A stretch of DNA of 64,000 nucleotides from Parcubacteria group bacterium Greene0714_7 (GTDB lineage: Bacteria > Patescibacteriota > Minisyncoccia > Phycocordibacterales > Phycocordibacteraceae). Position numbers and translations under genes: made by a program. The notes below the pieces were generated by a model. The model saw nothing but the letters and a program-made list of their open reading frames with translations. It was not told the origin of the DNA and ran no database searches. Position 1 is the first letter of the stretch, and each line of letters starts with the position of its first letter. Location: the NCBI GenBank assembly GCA_007378985.1, contig VMHB01000001.1:252-64251 (forward strand). The letters are read 5' to 3'. Of this stretch, positions 1 to 8,753 are shown in pieces.

Positions 1-443
1 TGAGTGCGGCAGTCGAAGGTATGTCACGATCCATTCGTGTAGGCACCTTATATAATTGTGTTGCTTCTGCCACAACACCTCCATCTCCTCCTCCGTCTTC
101 AACAATCGCAAATCCACAGGACTGCGCTTTAGGTGGGGCCCGCCTTCTTGCGTTTGAATCATCAACGGGCAATTTGACCGATCCGAATGACCAAGTTGTG
201 TACCGTTTAAACGGTACACAACTTGAGCGTTCTCTGCGGGGTGGTGCTAATGGCAGTTGGATTGCGATTACTGCGCCTGAAGTTTCAATTGATAGCTTTG
301 ACTTTTATGTTGTTGGTTCAGCGAAAGGGGATGGCATACAGCCCCGTGTTCTTATGCGCATTAAAGGTTCGGCGGTAGTTCCGGGAGGTACAACTACATT
401 TACCGTACAAGCAAGTGTTGTTCAAAGAGTTCTTGATATATGA
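1..443 (+). CDS. Hypothetical protein, 5' end probably outside the window. The frame is open back to position 3. May be pilus-associated given the neighbouring genes.
   Basis: No in-frame stop between position 3 and the ATG at 21. The stop overlaps the next start (ATGA at 440-443). Confidence 0.3.
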   Translation, partial: SAAVEGMSRSIRVGTLYNCVASATTPPSPPPSSTIANPQDCALGGARLLAFESSTGNLTDPNDQVVYRLNGTQLERSLRGGANGSWIAITAPEVSIDSFDFYVVGSAKGDGIQPRVLMRIKGSAVVPGGTTTFTVQASVVQRVLDI

Positions 444-1129
444 AAACTACACAAAGCACCTATACGAAAGACCACTCCGGGGAACAAAAGCGACCTGCGT
501 CGCGTTTGTTCCGGTCCGCTTTGGCGGATGAGTCGATGACGAGCGGAGCGAGTCAGACTCAAGGAGGAGTCCAAGTCTCAGTCTTTTGTATAGGTGCTTT
601 GCTCCGTAGGGGTGGAAAGGAAACAGCCCGAGCATTCACACTGATTGAGACCTTTGTGGCGATTACAGTTTTGTTGGTCTCGCTTGTCGGGCCACTCTCA
701 ATTGCTGCACAATCTCTTCGTCTCGCATATTACGCACGCGATCAAGTGACCGCTTTTTATCTTGCGCAAGAAGCCGTGGAATATGTGAGAGCTGAGCGCG
801 ATCAAAACTATCTTGCCAATGCGCCGTGGCTTACTAATCTTGGTGATTGTGTCGGGGCATCATGCGTGGTTGATTTTCCTAGTTTTACCCACAGTGCATG
901 TGGTGTTCTCAGCGCATGTCCTCCTATATATATAAGTAATGCAACAAAATTGTACAATCAGGACGCAACGAGTGGGTCTGCATCAGCCTTCACTAGAGTT
1001 CTTTCTATTACGCCAGTTGTAGGCAGTGTCGATGAAGTAATAGTGAAGGTGAGAATCTCTTGGGTGTCGGTTGGAATCAATAGATCATTCGAGGTTACTG
1101 AACATCTTTTTAATTGGGCAGGACCATGA
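440..1129 (+). CDS. Pseudopilin with a prepilin-type N-terminal cleavage/methylation domain. The true start may be internal, for example a TTG near 599.
   Basis: Internal motif ...GKETARA/FTLIETFVAITVLLVSL is a class III signal (FTLIE plus a hydrophobic helix). AAGGAGG sits at 561-567. ATGA overlap with the upstream ORF. Confidence 0.6.
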   Translation: MKTTQSTYTKDHSGEQKRPASRLFRSALADESMTSGASQTQGGVQVSVFCIGALLRRGGKETARAFTLIETFVAITVLLVSLVGPLSIAAQSLRLAYYARDQVTAFYLAQEAVEYVRAERDQNYLANAPWLTNLGDCVGASCVVDFPSFTHSACGVLSACPPIYISNATKLYNQDATSGSASAFTRVLSITPVVGSVDEVIVKVRISWVSVGINRSFEVTEHLFNWAGP

Positions 1130-1695
1130 ATATGAGACCAAACACCAAGAACCAAACATCAATAACCAAAACCACTTCAAGGATTGCTGACTTCCTTGGT
1201 TCTTGGAATTTGAAATTTGGAACTTTTAAGATGTACTCGCAAAGGGGGTTCACCCTTCTGCTCGCGGTGCTAATTAGTAGTATTCTCATTGCTATTGGTT
1301 CGGCAATTTTTAACATTCTTTCGAAAGAAATCATTCTCTCATCATCAGGCCGTGAGTCACAATTTGCTTTTTTTGCGGCTGACACCGGAATTGAGTGCGC
1401 TCTCTATTGGGATACAAAACAGAATGCATTTGCAACAACATCAGCACTCACACAAGTTGCCTGTGGAGGCGGTTTGGCAGACTTAACGCGCACCTCAGGG
1501 GGCACTCTACTCCGACCAACATACACAACAGCGTTTTCCTTTCCCCTTAACGGAGGAATGGCTAACCCATGTATTACCGTAACTGTCACTAAGACTTTTT
1601 ATCCAACCGAAACAGTTATTGCCTCGCAAGGTTACAACACGTGCGTTACGACGAATCCGCTCCGTCTTGAGCGCGCCATCCGAGTACAGTATTAA
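1114..1695 (+). CDS. Type IV pilin-like protein. The probable mature start is M at 1231, giving MYSQRG/FTLLLAV.
   Basis: Short basic leader ending in G, then FTLLLAVLISSILIAIG. Position +5 is L instead of the usual E. Confidence 0.6.
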   Translation: MGRTMNMRPNTKNQTSITKTTSRIADFLGSWNLKFGTFKMYSQRGFTLLLAVLISSILIAIGSAIFNILSKEIILSSSGRESQFAFFAADTGIECALYWDTKQNAFATTSALTQVACGGGLADLTRTSGGTLLRPTYTTAFSFPLNGGMANPCITVTVTKTFYPTETVIASQGYNTCVTTNPLRLERAIRVQY

Positions 1696-1814
1696 TTTTG
1701 GAAACTATGGAGTGGAACAAAGTTACAAAATTTTCACAGGTGGTAGCTATTATTTTATTTGTCGGAGTATTTTTTCTTGGTTTTTATCTTGGGAGAATGT
1801 CGGTAACTGTTTAG

Positions 1815-2072
1815 ATGCCTCACTTTGTTTATATTTTAGAGTGCGCTGATACAAGTCTTTATATTGGATCTACTGTTGATTTGGAAAAACGAGTCCATCA
1901 GCATAATTACGCAAAAGCAGGTGCCCACTATACAAAAATTAGGAGGCCTGTTGTGCTGAAATACACAGAAATATGCACAGGCTTTGCAGAGGCTCGTGCT
2001 CGTGAAGCAGAACTGAAAAGACTAACTCGAAAAGAAAAAATTACACTTATACACAGGAGTATTCAGAAATGA
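1815..2072 (+). CDS. GIY-YIG nuclease family protein (small URI-domain endonuclease)
   Basis: N-terminal FVYILECADTSLYIGST matches the GIY-YIG motif. Size is about 85 aa. Confidence 0.75.
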   Translation: MPHFVYILECADTSLYIGSTVDLEKRVHQHNYAKAGAHYTKIRRPVVLKYTEICTGFAEARAREAELKRLTRKEKITLIHRSIQK

Positions 2073-2114
2073 TTGCATAAACGGAAAGATTTTTAGGTAC
2101 AGCAAAATGGTATT

Positions 2115-3800
2115 TTGCGGTACCCTGTGTCGATGACGCAAAGCGATGCACTCACGATTTTGAAGACGGGCGCTAATGTTTTTTTGACGGGTGAACCTGG
2201 AAGCGGAAAGACTCATACAGTAAATGAATATGTAGCATGGCTTAGGGATAAAGGAATTGAACCTGCAATCACCGCATCAACGGGCATTGCGGCGACACAC
2301 ATTGGAGGCATTACATTACACTCTTGGAGTGGTATCGGTATTGCAGAGCGTTTATCAGAGCAGGATATTGATGCCATTGCGGGGAAAGAACATGTGGCGA
2401 GGCGAATAACAAAATCGCGCATCCTGATCATTGATGAAATTTCTATGCTATCGGGAGAAACCTTAGCGCTAGCAGAAGCGGTGGTACGAGAAGTACATCG
2501 AAGTCAGGAAGTGTTTGGTGGTATTCAGGTGATTTTTGTTGGTGATTTTTTTCAACTCCCACCAGTTTCTAAACGAGGTGCTTCGCGGGCATCGTTTGCT
2601 TTTGAGTCTGCCGTCTGGAAGGCAGTAAATCCAATTATTTGCTATCTCACTGAGCAACATAGGCAAGAAGATGAAACATTTCTTTCTGCGCTTGCTTCCA
2701 TTAGGTCGGGTGTTGCTGATGAAGAGACTTTGCTGTGTTTTCAAGATAGAGCGGTGTTTCAGAACGATGTCTCACATAAAATTCCGCGTCTCTTTGCGCA
2801 TAATATGGATGTCGATCGTATTAATGCGGACGCACTTGCCAAACTGAAGGGTCTGCCGACGGAATTTGCGATGACTGCACAAGGAAGTGACAACCTCGTC
2901 CTTGGCCTCAAGCGAGGATGTTTGTCTCCTGAGAAGCTTTTTCTTAAGAAGGATGCTGTAGTTATGTGTACGAAGAACAATCCGAACATTGGTTTTGCAA
3001 ATGGTACGCTCGGGGTGGTTGTTGGATTTAATGAAGAAAATACGTATCCAATTATAAAAACAAAAGACGGGCATGTATTTACTGTAGAACCTATGGAATG
3101 GGCTGTGGAGCAGGATGGAAAAGTGCGCGCACGAATTACTCAAGTACCACTCAGACTTGCATGGGCAATGACCATACATAAGAGTCAGGGGATGAGCATG
3201 GATGCTGCTGCTATAGACCTTTCTGGAGTATTTGAACATGGACATGGGTATGTCGCACTCTCTAGGGTGCGCACTCTCCAAGGACTCCATCTTCTGGGAT
3301 GGAGTGAGCGGGCACTCTTAGTGCACCCGCGAGTGGCAGAGCAGGATGCACAATTTCGTATTAAGTCTGAGGATGCAAGGGCAGTTTTCGAGGAGATGAG
3401 TGATGCAGAGCATTCGGGTATGGAAGAAAATTTTATTCGTGCATGCGGGGGAACACTTGAAGCAGGGAAGAATATTCACAGTAAAAAAGAAAAATCTAGC
3501 ACACTCTCTAAAACACTTATCTTGATACAGGAAGGTCACTCCATCTCCGATATTGCTAAGATACGATCGCTGAAAGTAGGGACACTTATTGATCATGTTG
3601 AAAAAATAGTAGAGCGGGGCTTATGTGAAGTGAATGATATAAAAAATATTTTTTCGTTGAGTATTATAGAGGCCTTGCCGGTTATTCACGAGGTATTTGA
3701 GCGGGAAGGATCGGAACGACTTTCTCCGGTATTTGAGCATTTTGAGGGCATGTATTCGTATGAAGATCTTCGTATTGCCCGTCTATTTTTTAAGCAATAG
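2115..3800 (+). CDS. PIF1/RecD-like ATP-dependent DNA helicase with a C-terminal HTH domain
   Basis: Walker A GEPGSGKT. Motifs ILIIDEISM and FVGDFFQLPPV. C-terminal region contains a helix-turn-helix. Confidence 0.8.
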   Translation: MRYPVSMTQSDALTILKTGANVFLTGEPGSGKTHTVNEYVAWLRDKGIEPAITASTGIAATHIGGITLHSWSGIGIAERLSEQDIDAIAGKEHVARRITKSRILIIDEISMLSGETLALAEAVVREVHRSQEVFGGIQVIFVGDFFQLPPVSKRGASRASFAFESAVWKAVNPIICYLTEQHRQEDETFLSALASIRSGVADEETLLCFQDRAVFQNDVSHKIPRLFAHNMDVDRINADALAKLKGLPTEFAMTAQGSDNLVLGLKRGCLSPEKLFLKKDAVVMCTKNNPNIGFANGTLGVVVGFNEENTYPIIKTKDGHVFTVEPMEWAVEQDGKVRARITQVPLRLAWAMTIHKSQGMSMDAAAIDLSGVFEHGHGYVALSRVRTLQGLHLLGWSERALLVHPRVAEQDAQFRIKSEDARAVFEEMSDAEHSGMEENFIRACGGTLEAGKNIHSKKEKSSTLSKTLILIQEGHSISDIAKIRSLKVGTLIDHVEKIVERGLCEVNDIKNIFSLSIIEALPVIHEVFEREGSERLSPVFEHFEGMYSYEDLRIARLFFKQ

Positions 3801-3852
3801 GCTTCTGTAAGAGGTTTTTTCTATGTAGTAGGCGGTATGTTACGCTAGAGAA

Positions 3853-4365
3853 ATGATGAAAATAGGACTCATAGCTACTATCGGAGTAGGAATAGTTGTT
3901 ATTGGTACAGGATTTCTTTTCTTAGAGCCGCAAGCAAAGCCACAGGGAGTAGTATGTACTATGGAGGCTAAAATCTGCCCAGATGGAAGCGCAGTTGGGC
4001 GAGTCGGTCCACAGTGCGAATTTACAGCGTGCCCTACTCCAGCAATGACTTGGAATTTTGTTGATGTTGGTGAAGATACAGTGCAGGGAATACCACATAC
4101 TGAGGTAATTTTTGCGATGAATGACAAGAAATATAGTGCGGGTACCTATGAAGGTAACTGTACGGATATTAAGAATTCAAGCTGGCAACTTGTGGCAGGT
4201 GAGCAGGCAGGCGCCATTTGTTGGTGGGCAGGCGGAGGCACGGAGCTCGGTGTATTTGAGGAAGGTGGTCAGTTGGTTATCAAAAAGGGACTGTTGGATG
4301 AGGGTGGTGCTGAAACGCCAGGTATTCGTGGTAATTTCGAAACGCTCTTAAAGCTCGTGCCGTAG
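3853..4365 (+). CDS. Hypothetical membrane-anchored or secreted Cys-containing protein
   Basis: N-terminal transmembrane helix. No recognisable catalytic motif. Confidence 0.45.
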   Translation: MMKIGLIATIGVGIVVIGTGFLFLEPQAKPQGVVCTMEAKICPDGSAVGRVGPQCEFTACPTPAMTWNFVDVGEDTVQGIPHTEVIFAMNDKKYSAGTYEGNCTDIKNSSWQLVAGEQAGAICWWAGGGTELGVFEEGGQLVIKKGLLDEGGAETPGIRGNFETLLKLVP

Positions 4366-4373
4366 TTATTTTT

Positions 4374-5951
4374 TTGTACCATGGGTTTTTCTATAGTTTT
4401 CCAAGTGCACGTTTGAATATGAGACATCATCATTACTATTCAGATGGTTTCGCTATTTTTTTTATTGTGACGCTCTTGGCGTTGATTATGTACTCTGCAT
4501 TTTCAAATCCGTATGGTCGAATGAGTCGCGTTAAGAATCCATTTGAAACAAGGCGACAAGGGAGAACCATTGCTCTTTTGAAGCATTTCAATCTTAAAGT
4601 ATGTAAGTCCTTCTTTTGGCATGGTTTTGCATACGCGAAATGTGCGTGGCATATCGTTTCCAATGTGTGTGCTGGTGAGAAGGCAAGAAGTCGAAGTTTA
4701 GAGGGTGTTATACGCGATATTCATAAGGTACGATTTAATCCAAAGAGGCCGTATTTGATTTCAGGAGATCATTTTAATGTTTTTTATCCAAGGAATCTTG
4801 GTGTGTTTTATTATGCAACTCTTGATCCGAGAACTGCACTAGGAAAAAGTGATTGGGAAAATAGACAGAGAATCTACCTTCAAACAGTTGCCTATGCAAT
4901 CGCTGCATTTACAAAAAATGGCGATTGCACTACCACCATTGTGCCAGTAGGACCTCGAGCAGTGAGTTGTATAAATATCTACCATTACCCATCCGATGCT
5001 CTTTATGGTGTTCTTTTTGGTCTATCTACGCTTATCGACAACTCTTTTTTTGTGAAGCGTTATCCCTTTGAATCAGAAAATAGTTTTGGGCTTGAGACAA
5101 AGACTGCTGCTGGAAATCTTCTCGAGGAGAATCGTGATGCACTAGCGCTTCTTGTTACGAAATACTACAACCGAGTTTTCGATACGGAAACAGGCTTAAT
5201 TAAAAGGGATATTCATATTTCATCAGCAAAAGACATCACGGTGCGTACGAGTGCGTTTTATGACAATGTTATTTTTTGGAAAACATTTATGTTGGCGCGG
5301 ACACTAGGTATAGAAAATATACCTGCAGTTGACCTCCCTAAGTTAAAGACCCGCATTCTCGAAACCTATTGGCAAGAGACGGAAGGGTACTTTTTAGAAG
5401 ATAGTTCTTCTGAGGGGGTAGCAGGAAAATATTACTCCGCAGATTGGCTAGTTGCATACTTTACTGGGTTCTTGGATGTCACAAAGTCTGATGAGAGGCG
5501 ATATCTTGAGCGCGCAACTCTCTACACGATACAGGAAGGGATTGATATGCCATTTCCTTTGCGGTATCAACAAACCAATAGGGCGTCACGCCAAGTACCC
5601 ATTGTCCGTCTTTTTGTTGCGTCCTATGGAGGTACCGCTATATGGAGCTTCTGGGGGGCGGAGTTTATAAAAGTTCTTGTTGCATTATCTGAATATGATA
5701 ATCAACATCTATTCTTAGAGCGTGCTGCACGGCATATTGGTGCATATTCAAAAAATATGGTTCGTTACTATGGATATCCTGAAACCTACGATACGGCAGG
5801 GAATATGCTCCGCACTCCTTTTTATAATAGTGTTCGACAGACTGGCTGGGTAGTTGGGTATGAGCAGGCAGTCGCAATGTTTAAATCAATGTCGACCCGA
5901 TTAGAAGTTGCTAGATCAGATTCTATTCTTGAGAGTATATGTACAGTGTGA
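4374..5951 (+). CDS. Hypothetical membrane-anchored protein. May be an alpha/alpha-toroid glycoside-hydrolase-like fold, but this is a low-confidence guess.
   Basis: One N-terminal transmembrane helix and a long soluble domain. Family not recognised. Confidence 0.4.
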   Translation: MYHGFFYSFPSARLNMRHHHYYSDGFAIFFIVTLLALIMYSAFSNPYGRMSRVKNPFETRRQGRTIALLKHFNLKVCKSFFWHGFAYAKCAWHIVSNVCAGEKARSRSLEGVIRDIHKVRFNPKRPYLISGDHFNVFYPRNLGVFYYATLDPRTALGKSDWENRQRIYLQTVAYAIAAFTKNGDCTTTIVPVGPRAVSCINIYHYPSDALYGVLFGLSTLIDNSFFVKRYPFESENSFGLETKTAAGNLLEENRDALALLVTKYYNRVFDTETGLIKRDIHISSAKDITVRTSAFYDNVIFWKTFMLARTLGIENIPAVDLPKLKTRILETYWQETEGYFLEDSSSEGVAGKYYSADWLVAYFTGFLDVTKSDERRYLERATLYTIQEGIDMPFPLRYQQTNRASRQVPIVRLFVASYGGTAIWSFWGAEFIKVLVALSEYDNQHLFLERAARHIGAYSKNMVRYYGYPETYDTAGNMLRTPFYNSVRQTGWVVGYEQAVAMFKSMSTRLEVARSDSILESICTV

Positions 5952-6006
5952 TACCGCCTTATAAAAAGGAGAACAGGAACCCGTGTTTTAGTCTGTATGG
6001 CATGAT

Positions 6007-6681
6007 GTGTGTATGTTTCTTATGGAAAATATGCGAAGGCGGGTGAATCGCGGGAACATCGAAGGGTGGTTAATTCTTATCTTAACAGTGTTACTTTTCG
6101 TGTCTCTCTGGCTCTTTCCTAGCTCTTTTTCACTTCCATCAATTTTTAATAATATAACGCTTATTGCAAACGCAAGCATTCCCGAAGGTTGGCGTGAGTT
6201 TGATTCTACAAAACTTGGTATTTCTATTTTATATCCACCAGGATATGTCGTTGATTCTTCATCTGTACATACGGAGCTTGGTTCGCGTCAGGGCAGTAAA
6301 GGAGTGCAATTTAAGATTCCTAAATCATATACAGAGGGAAACAATCTCTCGCATATCGATACCGGCGTTTCTGTAGAGATACTTCCTCGTGTAGCGCCAT
6401 GCACTGGCACCAGTTTTGTTGAAGAAGGTTTGGTATCGAAGACATTAAAAGAAAAAGGTACCACCTACTTAATGACAAAAACTGCTGGTGCTGGCGCAGG
6501 TAATTTCTATGAAGAAACCGTGTATGTGATTTCAGGAAGTGTGCCTTGCACCGCAGTGCGCTACTTTTTCCATTCTACGAACATTGGCAACTATAGTCCC
6601 GGCACAGTAGAGGCGTTCGATAAGCAGGCGCTACTGAAAGAATTTGACGCGATTCGCTATTCACTCGTACTAACCCGATAA
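6007..6681 (+). CDS. Hypothetical secreted protein
   Basis: Signal-anchor-like N-terminus. Confidence 0.4.
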   Translation: MCMFLMENMRRRVNRGNIEGWLILILTVLLFVSLWLFPSSFSLPSIFNNITLIANASIPEGWREFDSTKLGISILYPPGYVVDSSSVHTELGSRQGSKGVQFKIPKSYTEGNNLSHIDTGVSVEILPRVAPCTGTSFVEEGLVSKTLKEKGTTYLMTKTAGAGAGNFYEETVYVISGSVPCTAVRYFFHSTNIGNYSPGTVEAFDKQALLKEFDAIRYSLVLTR

Positions 6682-6700
6682 TTTAAAATTGATTCAACTT

Positions 6701-7192
6701 TTATTTCTTTAGGTCGCTAAACTCTCCTTGCTCTGGTAAATGTCCAACTTGTTTCAAAAGCATGGCGCGGAGTGTTTTTACGGCAAAATAGAGTGAAAAG
6801 AGGAAGAGGATTGCTGTCGTTTCTCGTATTGCGAATAGCAAGAATGACTGCGAGTGATAGAAATCAATTGCTGCCATTTCAAGGAGTAGTGCTCCCGTAG
6901 CAGACACTAGGGTATTAATTACCGCTACAGTTGGGCTGTGTGGGTTTGTAAGGCCAGCGAGGAGTACGAGAAGGAGTGCGCTTAAAAGTTCAAAGAATGT
7001 GCCAAAAGGAAGGAGGTTTCCCCAGAGAGGAATAACCAGAACAGAGATTACTGCAATGGCAACAAAGATTCTACGAAGCGGGTCACCGTAGTAGTGTGCG
7101 ACAATTATTTTTACTTTTCCCATTTGTCCAGATTGAACACCCGTATCCTTAGAATCTTTCTCAATATTGTTCATACATAACAATGGTATCAC
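6701..7192 (-). CDS. Hypothetical integral membrane protein
   Basis: About four predicted transmembrane helices. Confidence 0.45.
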   Translation of the reverse strand: MIPLLCMNNIEKDSKDTGVQSGQMGKVKIIVAHYYGDPLRRIFVAIAVISVLVIPLWGNLLPFGTFFELLSALLLVLLAGLTNPHSPTVAVINTLVSATGALLLEMAAIDFYHSQSFLLFAIRETTAILFLFSLYFAVKTLRAMLLKQVGHLPEQGEFSDLKK

Positions 7193-7454
7193 TGGTAGAG
7201 ACTTTAAATATCGCCAATCCTCGGTGTGGTGGGAGTATCTGCATTAAAGGAGTTAATAGGGGAAATCGAAGTGTTTTTTACTATATGCGTCTTCGTCGAA
7301 GTAAATCATCTCACAGGGTATACCCCGTCACTAGAACTTGACGTTACTCCTCGTAGCGAAGTGCAAGAGTTTTTAAACACCTGTCGTATAATCGTGAGCA
7401 TTATAGTGTGAAATACCCGATACATCGGAGCACAAGCCACTACGCCAAGTTTCA

Positions 7455-8699
7455 GTGCGGGGTATACTTATCGTAATGCAGTCAAAAAATGTATTTGCAG
7501 TGTGCGCTATTTTCGTTCTCTTACTGACCTTTGGTGGCATGGCAGTTTCTGTAGATGCTGCATCAAAGCCAAAAGCTCAGAAACTTGAAGTTTCAGGATG
7601 GCTCCCATATTGGCGTAAGGCTACATCAACAGCAGATACACTTTTACATATAGATGCATTTACTGAAATCAATCCTTTTGGTTATTCGGTAAAAAATGAC
7701 GGAACATTGTCCGACACTATGAAAATAGATGAGGCTCCGTGGCCTGAACTTATTGCCGTTGCGAAAGCAAAAAAAGTGCGAGTTATTCCTACGGTGATGT
7801 GGTCAAACGGCGAAGCGATACATCGAATACTCAGCAATACTAAAACTCGCATCGCACTTGAGGATGAAATAGCTGCTCTTGTGAAGACAAAAGGTTTTGA
7901 TGGTATTGATATTGATTTTGAAGGAAAGAAGGCAGAGACAAAAGAATACTTCGCTCTGTTTCTTAAGGGGCTGTATCAAAGAATGGGGAACAAATGGGTT
8001 ACCTGCGATATTGAAGCACGCACTCCCGTATCATCACGTTACGACAGCACCCCACCAGCAGACGCCACTCTCTATGCGAACGATTATGTTGCCATCAATA
8101 AATACTGTGACCGCGTGCACATCATGACGTATGATCAGGGTGCGATAGATGTAAAGTTAAATAAAGTTGCAAACGGCTCTCCCTATGTTCCAGTTGCTGA
8201 TCCAAAATGGGTGGAAAAAGTAATTACACTTGCATCAAAGACCATTTCAAAAAAGAAGATTGTTATAGGTGTCGCAACATACGGCTATGAGTACAAAGTG
8301 ACCCCACTTTCTGAATATGGTTATAGGTACGATTTACAATGGGCTTTTAATCAAAAGTACGCATACGACCTTATTGCGGAGTATCAACCTAAAGTAGAAA
8401 GGAATAGTGCAGGGGAGATGAGCTTCACATATGTTCCAAATGTATTACCGAGCACAACCACCAATTCAAACATTGACCCTCTGTTGAACCTTATTCCTAT
8501 TGCCACTACCTCGTATTCAGACGGTGTTACGACTCCAGTGGCTAGTGTCCCGTCTTACAATATCGTGTGGTGGAGTGATGCAAATGCCATCGCAGACAAG
8601 ATAGCTCTCGCAAAGAAGTTGGGAGTTAGGGGTATTGCTATATTCAAAATTGACGGCGGGGAAGACCCAAGCCTTTGGGATGTCCTCAAGAAAATCTAA
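7455..8699 (+). CDS. Secreted glycoside hydrolase family 18 (chitinase or peptidoglycan-hydrolase-like) protein
   Basis: Signal peptide. GFDGIDIDFEG matches the GH18 DxxDxDxE catalytic motif. Confidence 0.7.
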   Translation: MRGILIVMQSKNVFAVCAIFVLLLTFGGMAVSVDAASKPKAQKLEVSGWLPYWRKATSTADTLLHIDAFTEINPFGYSVKNDGTLSDTMKIDEAPWPELIAVAKAKKVRVIPTVMWSNGEAIHRILSNTKTRIALEDEIAALVKTKGFDGIDIDFEGKKAETKEYFALFLKGLYQRMGNKWVTCDIEARTPVSSRYDSTPPADATLYANDYVAINKYCDRVHIMTYDQGAIDVKLNKVANGSPYVPVADPKWVEKVITLASKTISKKKIVIGVATYGYEYKVTPLSEYGYRYDLQWAFNQKYAYDLIAEYQPKVERNSAGEMSFTYVPNVLPSTTTNSNIDPLLNLIPIATTSYSDGVTTPVASVPSYNIVWWSDANAIADKIALAKKLGVRGIAIFKIDGGEDPSLWDVLKKI

Positions 8700-8753
8700 G
8701 TCTCATCATTGGGATTTTGAGCACGGGCATTTTCGCTTTATTATAAGGGGTAC

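Noticed and set aside
2772-3290. 172-aa minus-strand ORF inside the PIF1 helicase gene
   Set aside because: Antisense to a motif-supported helicase ORF.
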